From NCBI GenBank assembly GCA_934130285.1, contig CAKOXT010000001.1:165082-229081 (forward strand): a DNA stretch of 64,000 nt. The letters are read 5' to 3'. Origin of the DNA: an uncultured Clostridia bacterium (GTDB lineage: Bacteria; Bacillota; Clostridia; TANB77; CAG-508). The notes beneath the pieces were generated by a model. That model was not told the origin of the DNA and did no database searches. It saw only the letters and a program-made list of their open reading frames with translations. Position numbers and translations under genes: made by a program. Each line of letters starts with the position of its first letter. Within the stretch, counting starts at the first letter, position 1. This document shows, piece after piece, positions 37,597 through 46,703 of the stretch.

Positions 37597-38172
37597 ATGA
37601 TAAATAGAGATGAGGCGTGGAATCTTTTAAGAGAATATAATCAAGAGAGTTTTCATTTAAGACATGCATTAACTGTTGAAGGAGTAATGAAATATTTTGC
37701 TAAAGAATTAGGCTATGAAAATGAAGAAGAATTTTGGGGAATTGTTGGTTTATTACATGATTTAGATTTTGAAAAATATCCAGATGAGCATTGTCAAAAA
37801 AGCCAAGAAATAATGAAAGAAAAAGGTTTAGATGATAGATTAATTCGTGCAACAGCAAGCCATGGATATGGTATTCGTGTTGATATAAAACCAGAACATG
37901 AAATGGAGAAGGTTTTGTTTGCAACTGACGAACTTACTGGACTTATTGGTGCTGTTGCGATTATGAGACCTTCAAAAAGTACAAAGGATTTGGAAGTAAA
38001 ATCTGTTAAAAAGAAATTTAAAACTGAAAAATTTGCAGCAGGTTGTTCTAGAAAAGTTATATTAGATGGTGCTGAAATGTTAGGCTGGGAGTTGGATGAA
38101 CTTATTGAGAAGACAATTCTAGCAATGAGAAGTTGTGAAGATGAAATAAATGAAAAAATGGAAACTTTATAG
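37597..38172 (+). CDS. HD-domain phosphohydrolase family protein
   Basis: H...HD...D motif (HLRHALTVEG...LLHDLD). Start 37597 preferred over 37591 by RBS spacing. Confidence 0.7.
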   Translation: MINRDEAWNLLREYNQESFHLRHALTVEGVMKYFAKELGYENEEEFWGIVGLLHDLDFEKYPDEHCQKSQEIMKEKGLDDRLIRATASHGYGIRVDIKPEHEMEKVLFATDELTGLIGAVAIMRPSKSTKDLEVKSVKKKFKTEKFAAGCSRKVILDGAEMLGWELDELIEKTILAMRSCEDEINEKMETL

Positions 38173-38187
38173 AAAGGAATAATTGAA

Positions 38188-38940
38188 ATGAATCAATTTT
38201 CAAGAACAGAACTTTTAATTGGAAAAGATGGAGTGGAAAAATTACATAATGCAAAGGTAGCAGTATTTGGAGTTGGAGGTGTAGGTTCTTTTGTAGTTGA
38301 AGGGCTTGTTAGAGCTGGTGTAGGAAACTTTATTTTAGTTGATGATGATGAAGTGTGTTTAACTAATTTAAATAGGCAGATACATGCTACAAGAAAGACT
38401 ATTGGAAAGTATAAAGCTGATTTAATGAAAGATAGAATTTTAGAAATTAATCCAGATGCGAAAGTGGATGTATTTAAGGAATTCTTTATGCCTGATTCAG
38501 AAGTAAAAATACTTGATGAAAGTGTTGACTATATTGTTGATGCAATAGATACTGTTACAGGTAAAATAGAACTTGTTATGCAGGCAGATAAATTAAATAT
38601 TCCAATTATGTCTGCAATGGGAACTGGAAATAAACTTGATCCAACTAGATTTGAAGTAACTGATATTTACAAGACGAGTGTTTGCCCTTTGGCAAAAGTT
38701 ATGAGAAAAGAATTGAGGTCAAGAGGTATAAAAAAATTAAAAGTTGTTTATTCAAAAGAAGAGCCAATAAAACCATATGAGAGTGCAGAGAATAGTTGCA
38801 AAAATCATTGTGTTTGTCCTCCAGGAGCTAAGAGAACTTGTGCTGTTAAAAATCAAGTACCTGGAAGTATTTCTTTTGTACCAAGTGTAGCAGGTATGAT
38901 TATTGCTGGAGAAGTTATAAAAGATTTGATAAATGAATAA
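38188..38940 (+). CDS. tcdA: tRNA threonylcarbamoyladenosine dehydratase TcdA (ThiF/MoeB family)
   Basis: Nucleotide-binding GVGGVGS and the ThiF fold. 250 aa, TcdA/CsdL-like. Confidence 0.8.
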   Translation: MNQFSRTELLIGKDGVEKLHNAKVAVFGVGGVGSFVVEGLVRAGVGNFILVDDDEVCLTNLNRQIHATRKTIGKYKADLMKDRILEINPDAKVDVFKEFFMPDSEVKILDESVDYIVDAIDTVTGKIELVMQADKLNIPIMSAMGTGNKLDPTRFEVTDIYKTSVCPLAKVMRKELRSRGIKKLKVVYSKEEPIKPYESAENSCKNHCVCPPGAKRTCAVKNQVPGSISFVPSVAGMIIAGEVIKDLINE

Positions 38941-39002
38941 GAAGTTAACATAATTGAAAGAAGCCTCCAAATGTGATATAATATATAAGCAGACGCTTTA
39001 GG

Positions 39003-39617
39003 ATGGAGGTTGATATTTTGAGACACCATAGAATAAACGTAACTATATTCTTATGCGTAGCTTGTTTAATTTTTGGAACGGTTTGTACTCCTAAACAAGT
39101 AAATGCAAAGGAAGCTGACGTAGCAAAAGATGTGATTACAGCTACTGATAGCGCCTCAAAGGAAACTTTAAGTCAAGTTGGACTTTTTTCTTCTTTTTCA
39201 AATGCTAATATTTTGATGTTTAACCAAGTCTTAAAAGAGCAACAATTAAGTTTGGAAAAGCAACAAGATAAACTTAAAAAAGAGGAAAAGGAACAAGAAG
39301 CAAAAAAGCAAGAAGAAGTTAAAAAAGGTTGGACACATGAATTTCATGTTACAGCATATTGTGGATGTTATTCTTGTAGTGAAGGGTATGGAACCCAAAC
39401 TAGTACAGGCGTAACTGCCGAGGCTGGTAGGACTATAGCGGTGGATCCGGATGTTGTTCCGTATGGATCTAAAGTTCAAATAAATGGTCATACATATGTT
39501 GCAGAAGATTGTGGAGGTGCAATTAATGGGTATGACATTGACATATATATGGATGAGCATAGTTCAACTGATCGCTTTGGATCACAATATATTGTGTGCA
39601 CAGTTTATACTAAGTAA
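39003..39617 (+). CDS. 3D-domain (RlpA-like double-psi beta-barrel) cell-wall protein with signal peptide and coiled-coil linker
   Basis: C-terminal 3D domain (AVDPDVVPYGS...DCGGAINGYDIDIYMD). Confidence 0.75.
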   Translation: MEVDILRHHRINVTIFLCVACLIFGTVCTPKQVNAKEADVAKDVITATDSASKETLSQVGLFSSFSNANILMFNQVLKEQQLSLEKQQDKLKKEEKEQEAKKQEEVKKGWTHEFHVTAYCGCYSCSEGYGTQTSTGVTAEAGRTIAVDPDVVPYGSKVQINGHTYVAEDCGGAINGYDIDIYMDEHSSTDRFGSQYIVCTVYTK

Positions 39618-39636
39618 AACAAAAGAGTCTGCTTCT

Positions 39637-39678
39637 TAAGAGAACTTATGGATTTTTTCAATAAGTTCTCTTTTTTTC
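39637..39678 (+). terminator. rho-independent terminator (aagagaacttat...ataagttctctt + T7)
   Basis: 12-bp stem and U-run. Confidence 0.7.
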
Positions 39679-39731
39679 GGAATAGTATGACATTTTCTTT
39701 AAAATTTAATAGTATATATTGGGTGAATTTT

Positions 39732-40590
39732 ATGAAATTAGGATTATGTTTGGCTCGGTGGAGGAGTGAAAGGATTTGCTCATATAGGTGCTATAAAAGC
39801 TTTAGAAGAGGCAAATATAAAATTTGATTATATTGCTGGAACATCGTCAGGTAGTATTGTTGCAGCATTATATGCAGTTGGCTATTCTACTGATGAAATA
39901 TATGCTATTTTTATTAAGCATATAAAAGATATTAGGTATATTGATTTTGAAAATATAAAAAGAATTGCAAAAGATTTTGTGACAGGAAATGGATTAAGGA
40001 TTGATGGACTAAATAGTGGCAAGATTATTAAAAAGTTAGTGGATAAATATTGCTTGAAAAAAGGTGTTACTAATATTAATCAAATTAAGATGCCACTAGT
40101 CATTCCAGCAGTTAATTTGTGTACAGAAGAGTTGTATGTTTTTTCAAATAATATAATTGAAAATAGAAGTAGGGATATTAAGTATGTAAATGATATTAGT
40201 GTTGGTACAGCGGTACAGGCTAGCTGTAGTTATCCAGGAATTTTTTCACCGTGTAGATTTAATGATGATTTACTAGTAGATGGCGGAATCGCTGAAAATT
40301 TACCATGGAGAGAATCTAAAAAATCTGGTGCTGATAAAGTTGTAAGTATTGTATTTGTTGATAAGAATAAGAAAAAATGTGATAACATTTATGAAGTACT
40401 GAATAAGTCTTTTTCAATTTTGTGTTCTGAACTTGCTAATTATGAATGGGATGGTACTGATTATTTATTAAAATTATATATGCCTAAAGTTGGTTTATTA
40501 GCTAAAGGAAGGCAAAAAGAATTGTATGAATTAGGGTATAAACAGACTAAAGATAAAATTTCTGACATTGTTAGAAGTTTAAAAAATTAG
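39732..40590 (+). CDS. patatin-like phospholipase, 5' end disrupted by an apparent +1 insertion
   Basis: ATG 39732 encodes MKLGLCLA in one frame. GGGVKGFAHIG...GTSSGS (GxSxG) continues in the next frame from 39757. A single extra base near 39754-39756 separates them. Confidence 0.7.
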
Positions 40591-40600
40591 ATTTATTATT

Positions 40601-40630
40601 AATGTGAGTGATTTATATTACTCACATTTT
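40601..40630 (+). terminator. rho-independent terminator (gtgagtgat...attactcac + T4)
   Basis: Stem-loop after the patatin gene. Confidence 0.6.
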
Positions 40631-40710
40631 ATGTGTTGTTTTATTACATTGACTTTTGCTGAAAAAATTGATAAAAATATTATAGATAATGTATTTGGGA
40701 GAATGAAGAA

Positions 40711-42012
40711 ATGATTGATGTAAATGAGTATTTAAAAGGATTTTATAAAGGAACAAAGGATCCTTCTTTGAATGCTATGCAATATTTTATGGATAAATAT
40801 AATAACTTTGAGAAAAAAATGAAATTTATTCATATAGCCGGAACAAATGGAAAAGGTAGTTGCGTAGAGATAATATCTAATATATTAAGAGTTCAAGGGT
40901 ATCGTGTTGGTAAGTTTTTATCCCCTCATTTAATTAGATATAATGAAAGAATAAGTATTAATGGTGTAGAAATTTCAGATGAAGAAATGCAAGAAATAAT
41001 TGAGGAATTGAAGCCTTTAATTGATGAGTACGAAGAAAATGAAAATTCAAAAATTACTTTGTTTGAATTAGAAACAACAATGGCACTACTATATTTTTAT
41101 AGAAAAAATGTAGATTTTGTAGTTTTAGAGACTGGACTGGGTGGTTTATATGATTGTACTAATATTATAACTCATCCTTTGGTATCAGTTATAACTTCTA
41201 TTGGTTATGATCATATGCATCTTTTAGGTAATACATTACCTGAAATTGCTTTTCAAAAGGCTGGAATAATAAAAGAAAATTCAAATACTGTTATTTTTGA
41301 ACAATCACCTGATGTAAACGGTGTTTTTAAAGAGGTGTGTCATATTAAAGAAAATAAGCTTCATATTGTAAGAGAAAATGATATTTCAAATTATAGATAT
41401 GATAGTGATTTGCAATACTTCAATTATAAAAATATGATTGGTGTGGCTGTAAATTTGAAAGGAACGGTTCAAATAAAAAATGCCAGTTTGTGCATAGAAA
41501 CAATAAATATTTTAAGAGATAATGGTTATGAAATTTCTGAAGATAGTGTACGAGAGGGGTTAAAAACTGTTATTCATAAAGCAAGGATGGAAAAGTTATC
41601 AGATAAGCCTTTTATAGTTTATGATGGAGCACATAATGAACCTGCAATGGAAAATCTTCAGAAAATGGTTCCGATGTATTATTCAGAAATGAAAAGAGTG
41701 TATATTGTATCTATTCTTAAAAGTAAAGATTATAAAAAAATGTTGAAAATTCTTGCTAATGACAATGAAGCCAAATATGTTCTTACATCTGGAAATGATC
41801 CAGAAAGATATGTATCTGGAAATGACTTGTATGAGTGTATGAAAGGTTATGTAGGAGAAGGTAGAATAGAAATACAGCCTTTAGAGAGTGCAATATTAAA
41901 TACTCAAAATGATGAAGAAAATGTGGTAAATTTAGTAGTTGGTAGTTTTTATGTATATGGTGATGTTATTAATGCAGTAAGAAAAATGAATAAAGTGAAG
42001 GGTATTCAATAA
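40711..42012 (+). CDS. folC: bifunctional folylpolyglutamate synthase / dihydrofolate synthase (Mur ligase family)
   Basis: P-loop IHIAGTNGKGS and Mur-ligase middle and C-terminal domains. Confidence 0.85.
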   Translation: MIDVNEYLKGFYKGTKDPSLNAMQYFMDKYNNFEKKMKFIHIAGTNGKGSCVEIISNILRVQGYRVGKFLSPHLIRYNERISINGVEISDEEMQEIIEELKPLIDEYEENENSKITLFELETTMALLYFYRKNVDFVVLETGLGGLYDCTNIITHPLVSVITSIGYDHMHLLGNTLPEIAFQKAGIIKENSNTVIFEQSPDVNGVFKEVCHIKENKLHIVRENDISNYRYDSDLQYFNYKNMIGVAVNLKGTVQIKNASLCIETINILRDNGYEISEDSVREGLKTVIHKARMEKLSDKPFIVYDGAHNEPAMENLQKMVPMYYSEMKRVYIVSILKSKDYKKMLKILANDNEAKYVLTSGNDPERYVSGNDLYECMKGYVGEGRIEIQPLESAILNTQNDEENVVNLVVGSFYVYGDVINAVRKMNKVKGIQ

Positions 42013-42028
42013 TAGAATACCCTTTTTA

Positions 42029-42277
42029 TTAATTATTTGATTGAAACTTTTGCTTTACAGATGCTAGTTGCATTTGATCAACTTCTTGAGTTTGATACCA
42101 TCCTTTTTCTTTCATTAGATTATATATTTTGTTTTGAATATCTAAAGAAGTATTTAAAGCTTCTTTGAATGCACAGTGTACTTCTTGAGTAGAGGATTCT
42201 ATTGCGCCATGCAAGTATAAGTCACAAACTCCTTTTATTATTAATAATTCTTTTTCCATTAAATCTTTGTCTTCCAT
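42029..42277 (-). CDS. Coat_F domain (spore coat protein F-like) protein
   Basis: Conserved C-terminal ...MKEKGWYQ motif of the CotF family. Confidence 0.65.
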   Translation of the reverse strand: MEDKDLMEKELLIIKGVCDLYLHGAIESSTQEVHCAFKEALNTSLDIQNKIYNLMKEKGWYQTQEVDQMQLASVKQKFQSNN

Positions 42278-42289
42278 TTAAAACACTCC

Positions 42290-42463
42290 TTATAATAAAT
42301 TTAAAAATTTGTCAAAAAGTTCACAATGCTTTTGTTCTAATTCTCCAATATACTGAGAAAGTGCTGGATCTTGTATTTGAGAAGAAGTGTTTTTACTACA
42401 ACATTTCATAAATTTTTCGTGTCCTAATGCATCTTCAATATATAAAAGTTCTTTATTTGTCAT
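42290..42463 (-). CDS. small hypothetical protein (57 aa) upstream of the CotF-like gene, not in the ORF track
   Basis: ATG (complement of 42461-42463) behind AGGTGGTGA. Stop 13 nt before the CotF-like start. Confidence 0.45.
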   Translation of the reverse strand: MTNKELLYIEDALGHEKFMKCCSKNTSSQIQDPALSQYIGELEQKHCELFDKFLNLL

Positions 42464-42577
42464 TTTATATCACCACCTGAAATTATTATGTTCAAAAAAT
42501 ATTTTAATATTCAAATTTGTTTGACTTTTAGATAGGATTGATATAATCTATTGTTACAAAAGAAAGTGGGGATAAAA

Positions 42578-43561
42578 ATGAAGATTGATAATATGGTTAA
42601 ATTATTAAAAAAGCAATTGTTTATTGGAATTGTTTTAGTTATTATTTCTGTTTGTTGTTATTTTGGAGCTTTTAAAATTAAAGAAAGTGTAAATTCAAAA
42701 GTTCCTGAAAATTGGAACAATCTAATTGCAGATAATAATGATAGTGAAGGAAAATATGTTACTGTGACTACTCCATATATTCCGTATCAATTTGGCGAAA
42801 AAGAAGAAGATGAAGTTGTTAGTAAATATTATCTTATAATTGATACAAATTTTAATTGTTATGTTGTTAGATTGACTGATGATACATATAATGATATGAA
42901 AAATCAGTATGATGATAAGGGCGATAGTTTTTCTTATGAGTTGAAAGGGTATTTATATAGTACACCTGATGAGTTAAAGAATTTAGTTATAAATGCTTTT
43001 AATGAAGAGTTTGATAGTGGACTAACAACGGATAATTATAATGAATATTTTGGAAAATGTTATCTTGATGAAACAGAAACTCCACAAGATGGTACTATAG
43101 GTGTTTTAAATGCAGTAGGTATGATAATTGATGTATTTGCTGGAATTATTATAATAGTATTTTTTATTAATAATTCGAAGACCAATAAAACATTGCATAA
43201 ATATGATAAGAGGGATATTGAAGAAGAAATCGGAAAAGAAAGTGCAATATTTTACCAAAAACTTAAATTGTATATTACAGATAAATATTTGGTTAGTTAT
43301 GCAGGTGCAATTAATGTTATTGAGTATGCCGATATTTACTGGTCTTATATTGAGAAAGTGAGATATAGAGGAATTACTACTGGCAAGTATGTTGTTTTGA
43401 TTACGAAGGATAAGAAGAAAATTCAATTAACATCTACGTTTAGAAATGAGAAAATTTTAAATGAAGTTATTGGAAAAATCCATGATAAAAATGCTGATAT
43501 TTTGGTGGGATACAGCCCTGAAAATCAAAAGGCTTTTGCAGAGTTTAATAAAAACAAATAA
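42578..43561 (+). CDS. hypothetical membrane protein (two TM helices) preceding the two-component system
   Basis: Start at ATG 42578 behind GTGGGGA. No recognisable domain. Confidence 0.55.
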   Translation: MKIDNMVKLLKKQLFIGIVLVIISVCCYFGAFKIKESVNSKVPENWNNLIADNNDSEGKYVTVTTPYIPYQFGEKEEDEVVSKYYLIIDTNFNCYVVRLTDDTYNDMKNQYDDKGDSFSYELKGYLYSTPDELKNLVINAFNEEFDSGLTTDNYNEYFGKCYLDETETPQDGTIGVLNAVGMIIDVFAGIIIIVFFINNSKTNKTLHKYDKRDIEEEIGKESAIFYQKLKLYITDKYLVSYAGAINVIEYADIYWSYIEKVRYRGITTGKYVVLITKDKKKIQLTSTFRNEKILNEVIGKIHDKNADILVGYSPENQKAFAEFNKNK

Positions 43562-43621
43562 GTACAAAAGAGATTTTTGATAGTTTATGTCAAGAATCTC
43601 TTTTATGTATTAGGAGATTTT

Positions 43622-44293
43622 ATGAGTAGAATTTTATTAATAGAAGATAATGACTCTATAATATTAGGGTTAGAATATTTATTTAAAGAAGAAAAATTTG
43701 AATTTGAATATGTAAAGTGTAAAAAGGATGCAATTAATATTTTAGAAAATGAAATGTTTGATATTGCTTTAATTGATGTTGGTTTGCCAGATGGTAGTGG
43801 ATTTGAAGTGGGCAAATACATAAAAGAATATAGACCACAGTTGCCAATGATATTTCTTACTGCAAAAGATGAGGAAAAGGATGTTGTATATGGATTAGAC
43901 TTAGGTGCGGAGGATTATATTATAAAACCATTTAGAAATAGAGAATTAATTTCTAGGATAAAAAATGTACTTAGAAGAAATGGAAAACCAGACATAATTT
44001 CTTGTAAAGGAATTTCTATTGATACTGTACAGAGAAAAGTTTTTAAAGATGATGTGGAAGTTGATTTGACTAAACTAGAATATAGTATTTGCTTAAATTT
44101 ATTTAGTAATATTAATAAATTGATTACTCGTGAAGAGATTTTAAATGATATATGGGATTTGGCGGGTAATTTTGTAAATGATAATACTCTTACTGTGTAT
44201 ATAAAAAGAATCAGAGAAAAGCTTGGAGATAAGAGTGGCAAGATTATTGAAACTGTGAGAGGTGTTGGGTACAGAGTTAGCAAAGATAACTAG
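43622..44293 (+). CDS. OmpR-family response regulator
   Basis: Receiver domain (ILLIEDND, D at LIDVGLPDG) and winged-helix output. Start at ATG 43622 behind TAGGAGA. Confidence 0.85.
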   Translation: MSRILLIEDNDSIILGLEYLFKEEKFEFEYVKCKKDAINILENEMFDIALIDVGLPDGSGFEVGKYIKEYRPQLPMIFLTAKDEEKDVVYGLDLGAEDYIIKPFRNRELISRIKNVLRRNGKPDIISCKGISIDTVQRKVFKDDVEVDLTKLEYSICLNLFSNINKLITREEILNDIWDLAGNFVNDNTLTVYIKRIREKLGDKSGKIIETVRGVGYRVSKDN

Positions 44294-44378
44294 TGGTAAT
44301 GTGTGTCTTTTTTTATATAGTATTTAGAATGGTTTAAATAAGTAGTTTATAAATTGAATTTTAAGAGAAGGTTTTAGT

Positions 44379-45593
44379 ATGAAAAATTTGGTAGCACGAA
44401 GATATTTAATATTTTCTGTTGTTGTTATTTTAATATGTATGATATGTATGTTGGGATTTAATATTTATCAAGATGTTGAGTATAAAAATTCATTAAATCG
44501 ATATGCATACACTATGGTTGAAATGGTTAAGGAGAAATATCCAGAGGTTAGTGAAGAAGAGATTGTTGAGCTTATTAATGCGGATAATATAGAAGGTTCT
44601 AATGATGTACTTGCTGATTATGGAATTTCTGATGATCTATATGTTTTTAGAAAAATGGAACATACAAGAAGAGTAACAGTGATTGGTAATTTGGCTATTT
44701 TAACTGGATTAGGTGCTTTGTTATTAGTTGTTTTTTGCATTTATACTAGCAAGAGAAAAAAGAAAATAGATGAGTTAGATAGGTATATTCAAGATGTTTC
44801 AAACAAAATGTATGAGATTGGAATTGATAAAGAGTCTGAAGATGAACTTAATAGGTTAAAAGATTCTTTGTATAAGATTACTGTTATGTTAAAAGAGGAT
44901 TCAGAAAGTAAGAGAAAGCAAAATGAAGCTATTTTGGAATTGGTTTCGGATATTTCTCATCAGCTTAAAACACCAATTACATCAATTCAAATATTGCTTG
45001 ATAATATCTTAGAAAATGATGATATGGATAGCGATACTAGAAGAAAATTCACTTTAGAGATTTTAAGACAAGTTAAGGGAATGAATTTTTTGATTTTTTC
45101 TTTGCTTAAGTTGTCAAAGTTGGATGCGTGTGTAGTTGAGTTTGATAATGAAAAAATTAATGTAAATGCGATGATAGCAGATGTTTTGGCTGACTTAGAT
45201 GTACTTATTGAATTGAAATGTCTTGATGTTCATGTTGATATTTCTGATGAGATTTTCTTTGATGGGGATTATAGTTGGAATAAAGAAGCGGTTTTGAATA
45301 TTGTGAAAAATGCTGTTGAATACACAGCTGAAGGAAAAAATATTTTTATTAGTGCCGAGGAGAATGATTTATATACTAAAATTGTAATTAGAGATGAAGG
45401 AAAGGGCATTGATGAGAAGAATTTACCTCATGTTTTTGAGAGATTTTATAAGAGAAATAATTCTGCAGAGGATAGTTTTGGTATTGGCTTAGCACTTTCA
45501 AAGTCGATTATTGAAAAACAGGATGGGTTTGTTAGTGTGGATTCGAAGGTTGGAGTTGGGACGGTGTTTACGATTAAATATTTTAGACGTTAG
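44379..45593 (+). CDS. sensor histidine kinase (two TM helices flanking an about 70-aa extracytoplasmic loop)
   Basis: HisKA H-box DISHQLKTPITSI and HATPase_c G-boxes (GIGLALSKS, GVGTVFT). Confidence 0.85.
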   Translation: MKNLVARRYLIFSVVVILICMICMLGFNIYQDVEYKNSLNRYAYTMVEMVKEKYPEVSEEEIVELINADNIEGSNDVLADYGISDDLYVFRKMEHTRRVTVIGNLAILTGLGALLLVVFCIYTSKRKKKIDELDRYIQDVSNKMYEIGIDKESEDELNRLKDSLYKITVMLKEDSESKRKQNEAILELVSDISHQLKTPITSIQILLDNILENDDMDSDTRRKFTLEILRQVKGMNFLIFSLLKLSKLDACVVEFDNEKINVNAMIADVLADLDVLIELKCLDVHVDISDEIFFDGDYSWNKEAVLNIVKNAVEYTAEGKNIFISAEENDLYTKIVIRDEGKGIDEKNLPHVFERFYKRNNSAEDSFGIGLALSKSIIEKQDGFVSVDSKVGVGTVFTIKYFRR

Positions 45594-45732
45594 AAAGTAC
45601 AACTTTATTGGCAACCAAAATAGACGATAAAAAGCAGTGGCGTATATGCATATGCATCTTTGTTAAAATTTTTTTTTATGCAGATATAGAGTAAAAAAAA
45701 TTATATTAAAAATTTAAAATTATTGTGCAACG

Positions 45733-45891
45733 CATAAAAAGTATATATTATTTTTTAAACATCTTGCTGTCGCAATCTTGATGAGCCTTCGGCTCTTTCA
45801 TTTGAAAAGATTGCTTCAATCGCAGTCACAAAGCTATGCTTTGTTCCTTTGATCGCTGCGCGATGTCTTAAAAATAGTATATACTTTTATG
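45733..45891. repeat. MITE-like palindromic repeat, copy A (AT-rich terminal inverted repeats, GC-rich structured core)
   Basis: About 95% identical to the core at 54507-54630. Ends CATAAAAAGTATATATTATTTTTT / AAAAATAGTATATACTTTTATG are inverted repeats. Confidence 0.7.
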
Positions 45892-46034
45892 CTATCGAAT
45901 ATTAAAAAATGATATACATGTTATACTAAGTAAAATTTATATTGAATATTTATAAAAAACTAAATGAGTCATTTGATTGTCACTTTTGATTTATATAATG
46001 TGTTTAGTAAATTTAAATAAGAAAGGATTTTGTT

Positions 46035-46703
46035 ATGGAAATATTAAGAGTTGAAAATTTAACAAAAAGATATGGAAAAGGTGATAATCAGGTTATTGCG
46101 GTGGATGATGTTTCTTTTTCAATTGAGAAGGGCGAGTTTGTTGCAATAGTTGGTAGTTCTGGAAGTGGAAAGTCTACATTGCTTCATTTGATTGGTGGTG
46201 TTGATAGGCCTACTTCTGGTAAGGTTTTTATTGAGGGGAAGGATATATATTCTTTGAATGATGATGCTTTGGCTATTTTTAGAAGAAGACAGGTTGGGAT
46301 TATTTATCAGTTTTATAATTTGATTCCTATTTTAAATGTTGAGGAGAATATTACTTTGCCTTGTGAGTTGGATGGTAAGAGACCTGATCAAAGACAGTTG
46401 AATGAGTTGATTGCGACTTTAGGTTTGGCTAATAGAAGAAAGCATTTGCCTAATCAATTATCTGGTGGTCAACAACAAAGGGTTTCAATTGGAAGGAGTC
46501 TTATAAATAATCCAAGTATTGTGCTTGCTGATGAGCCTACTGGAAATCTTGATTCGAAAGCTAGTGAAGAGATTGTAGAGTTGCTACGTTTGTCTAATAA
46601 AAAATATAATCAAACAATTGTTATGATTACTCATGATTTAGAGATTGCAAAGACTGCTGATAGGATTATAAAAATCGAAGATGGCAGAATTGTAAAAGGG
46701 TAG
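46035..46703 (+). CDS. ABC transporter ATP-binding protein (MacB/LolD-type)
   Basis: Walker A GSSGSGKST, LSGGQQQR, Walker B; 222 aa. Confidence 0.9.
   Translation: MEILRVENLTKRYGKGDNQVIAVDDVSFSIEKGEFVAIVGSSGSGKSTLLHLIGGVDRPTSGKVFIEGKDIYSLNDDALAIFRRRQVGIIYQFYNLIPILNVEENITLPCELDGKRPDQRQLNELIATLGLANRRKHLPNQLSGGQQQRVSIGRSLINNPSIVLADEPTGNLDSKASEEIVELLRLSNKKYNQTIVMITHDLEIAKTADRIIKIEDGRIVKG

Noticed and set aside
45775-45815. Possible hammerhead ribozyme in repeat copy A (CTTGATGAGCC…GAAA)
   Set aside because: The sequence is CUUGAUGAG rather than CUGAUGA, and eight extra nucleotides separate stem II from GAAA. The core does not fit the hammerhead consensus.
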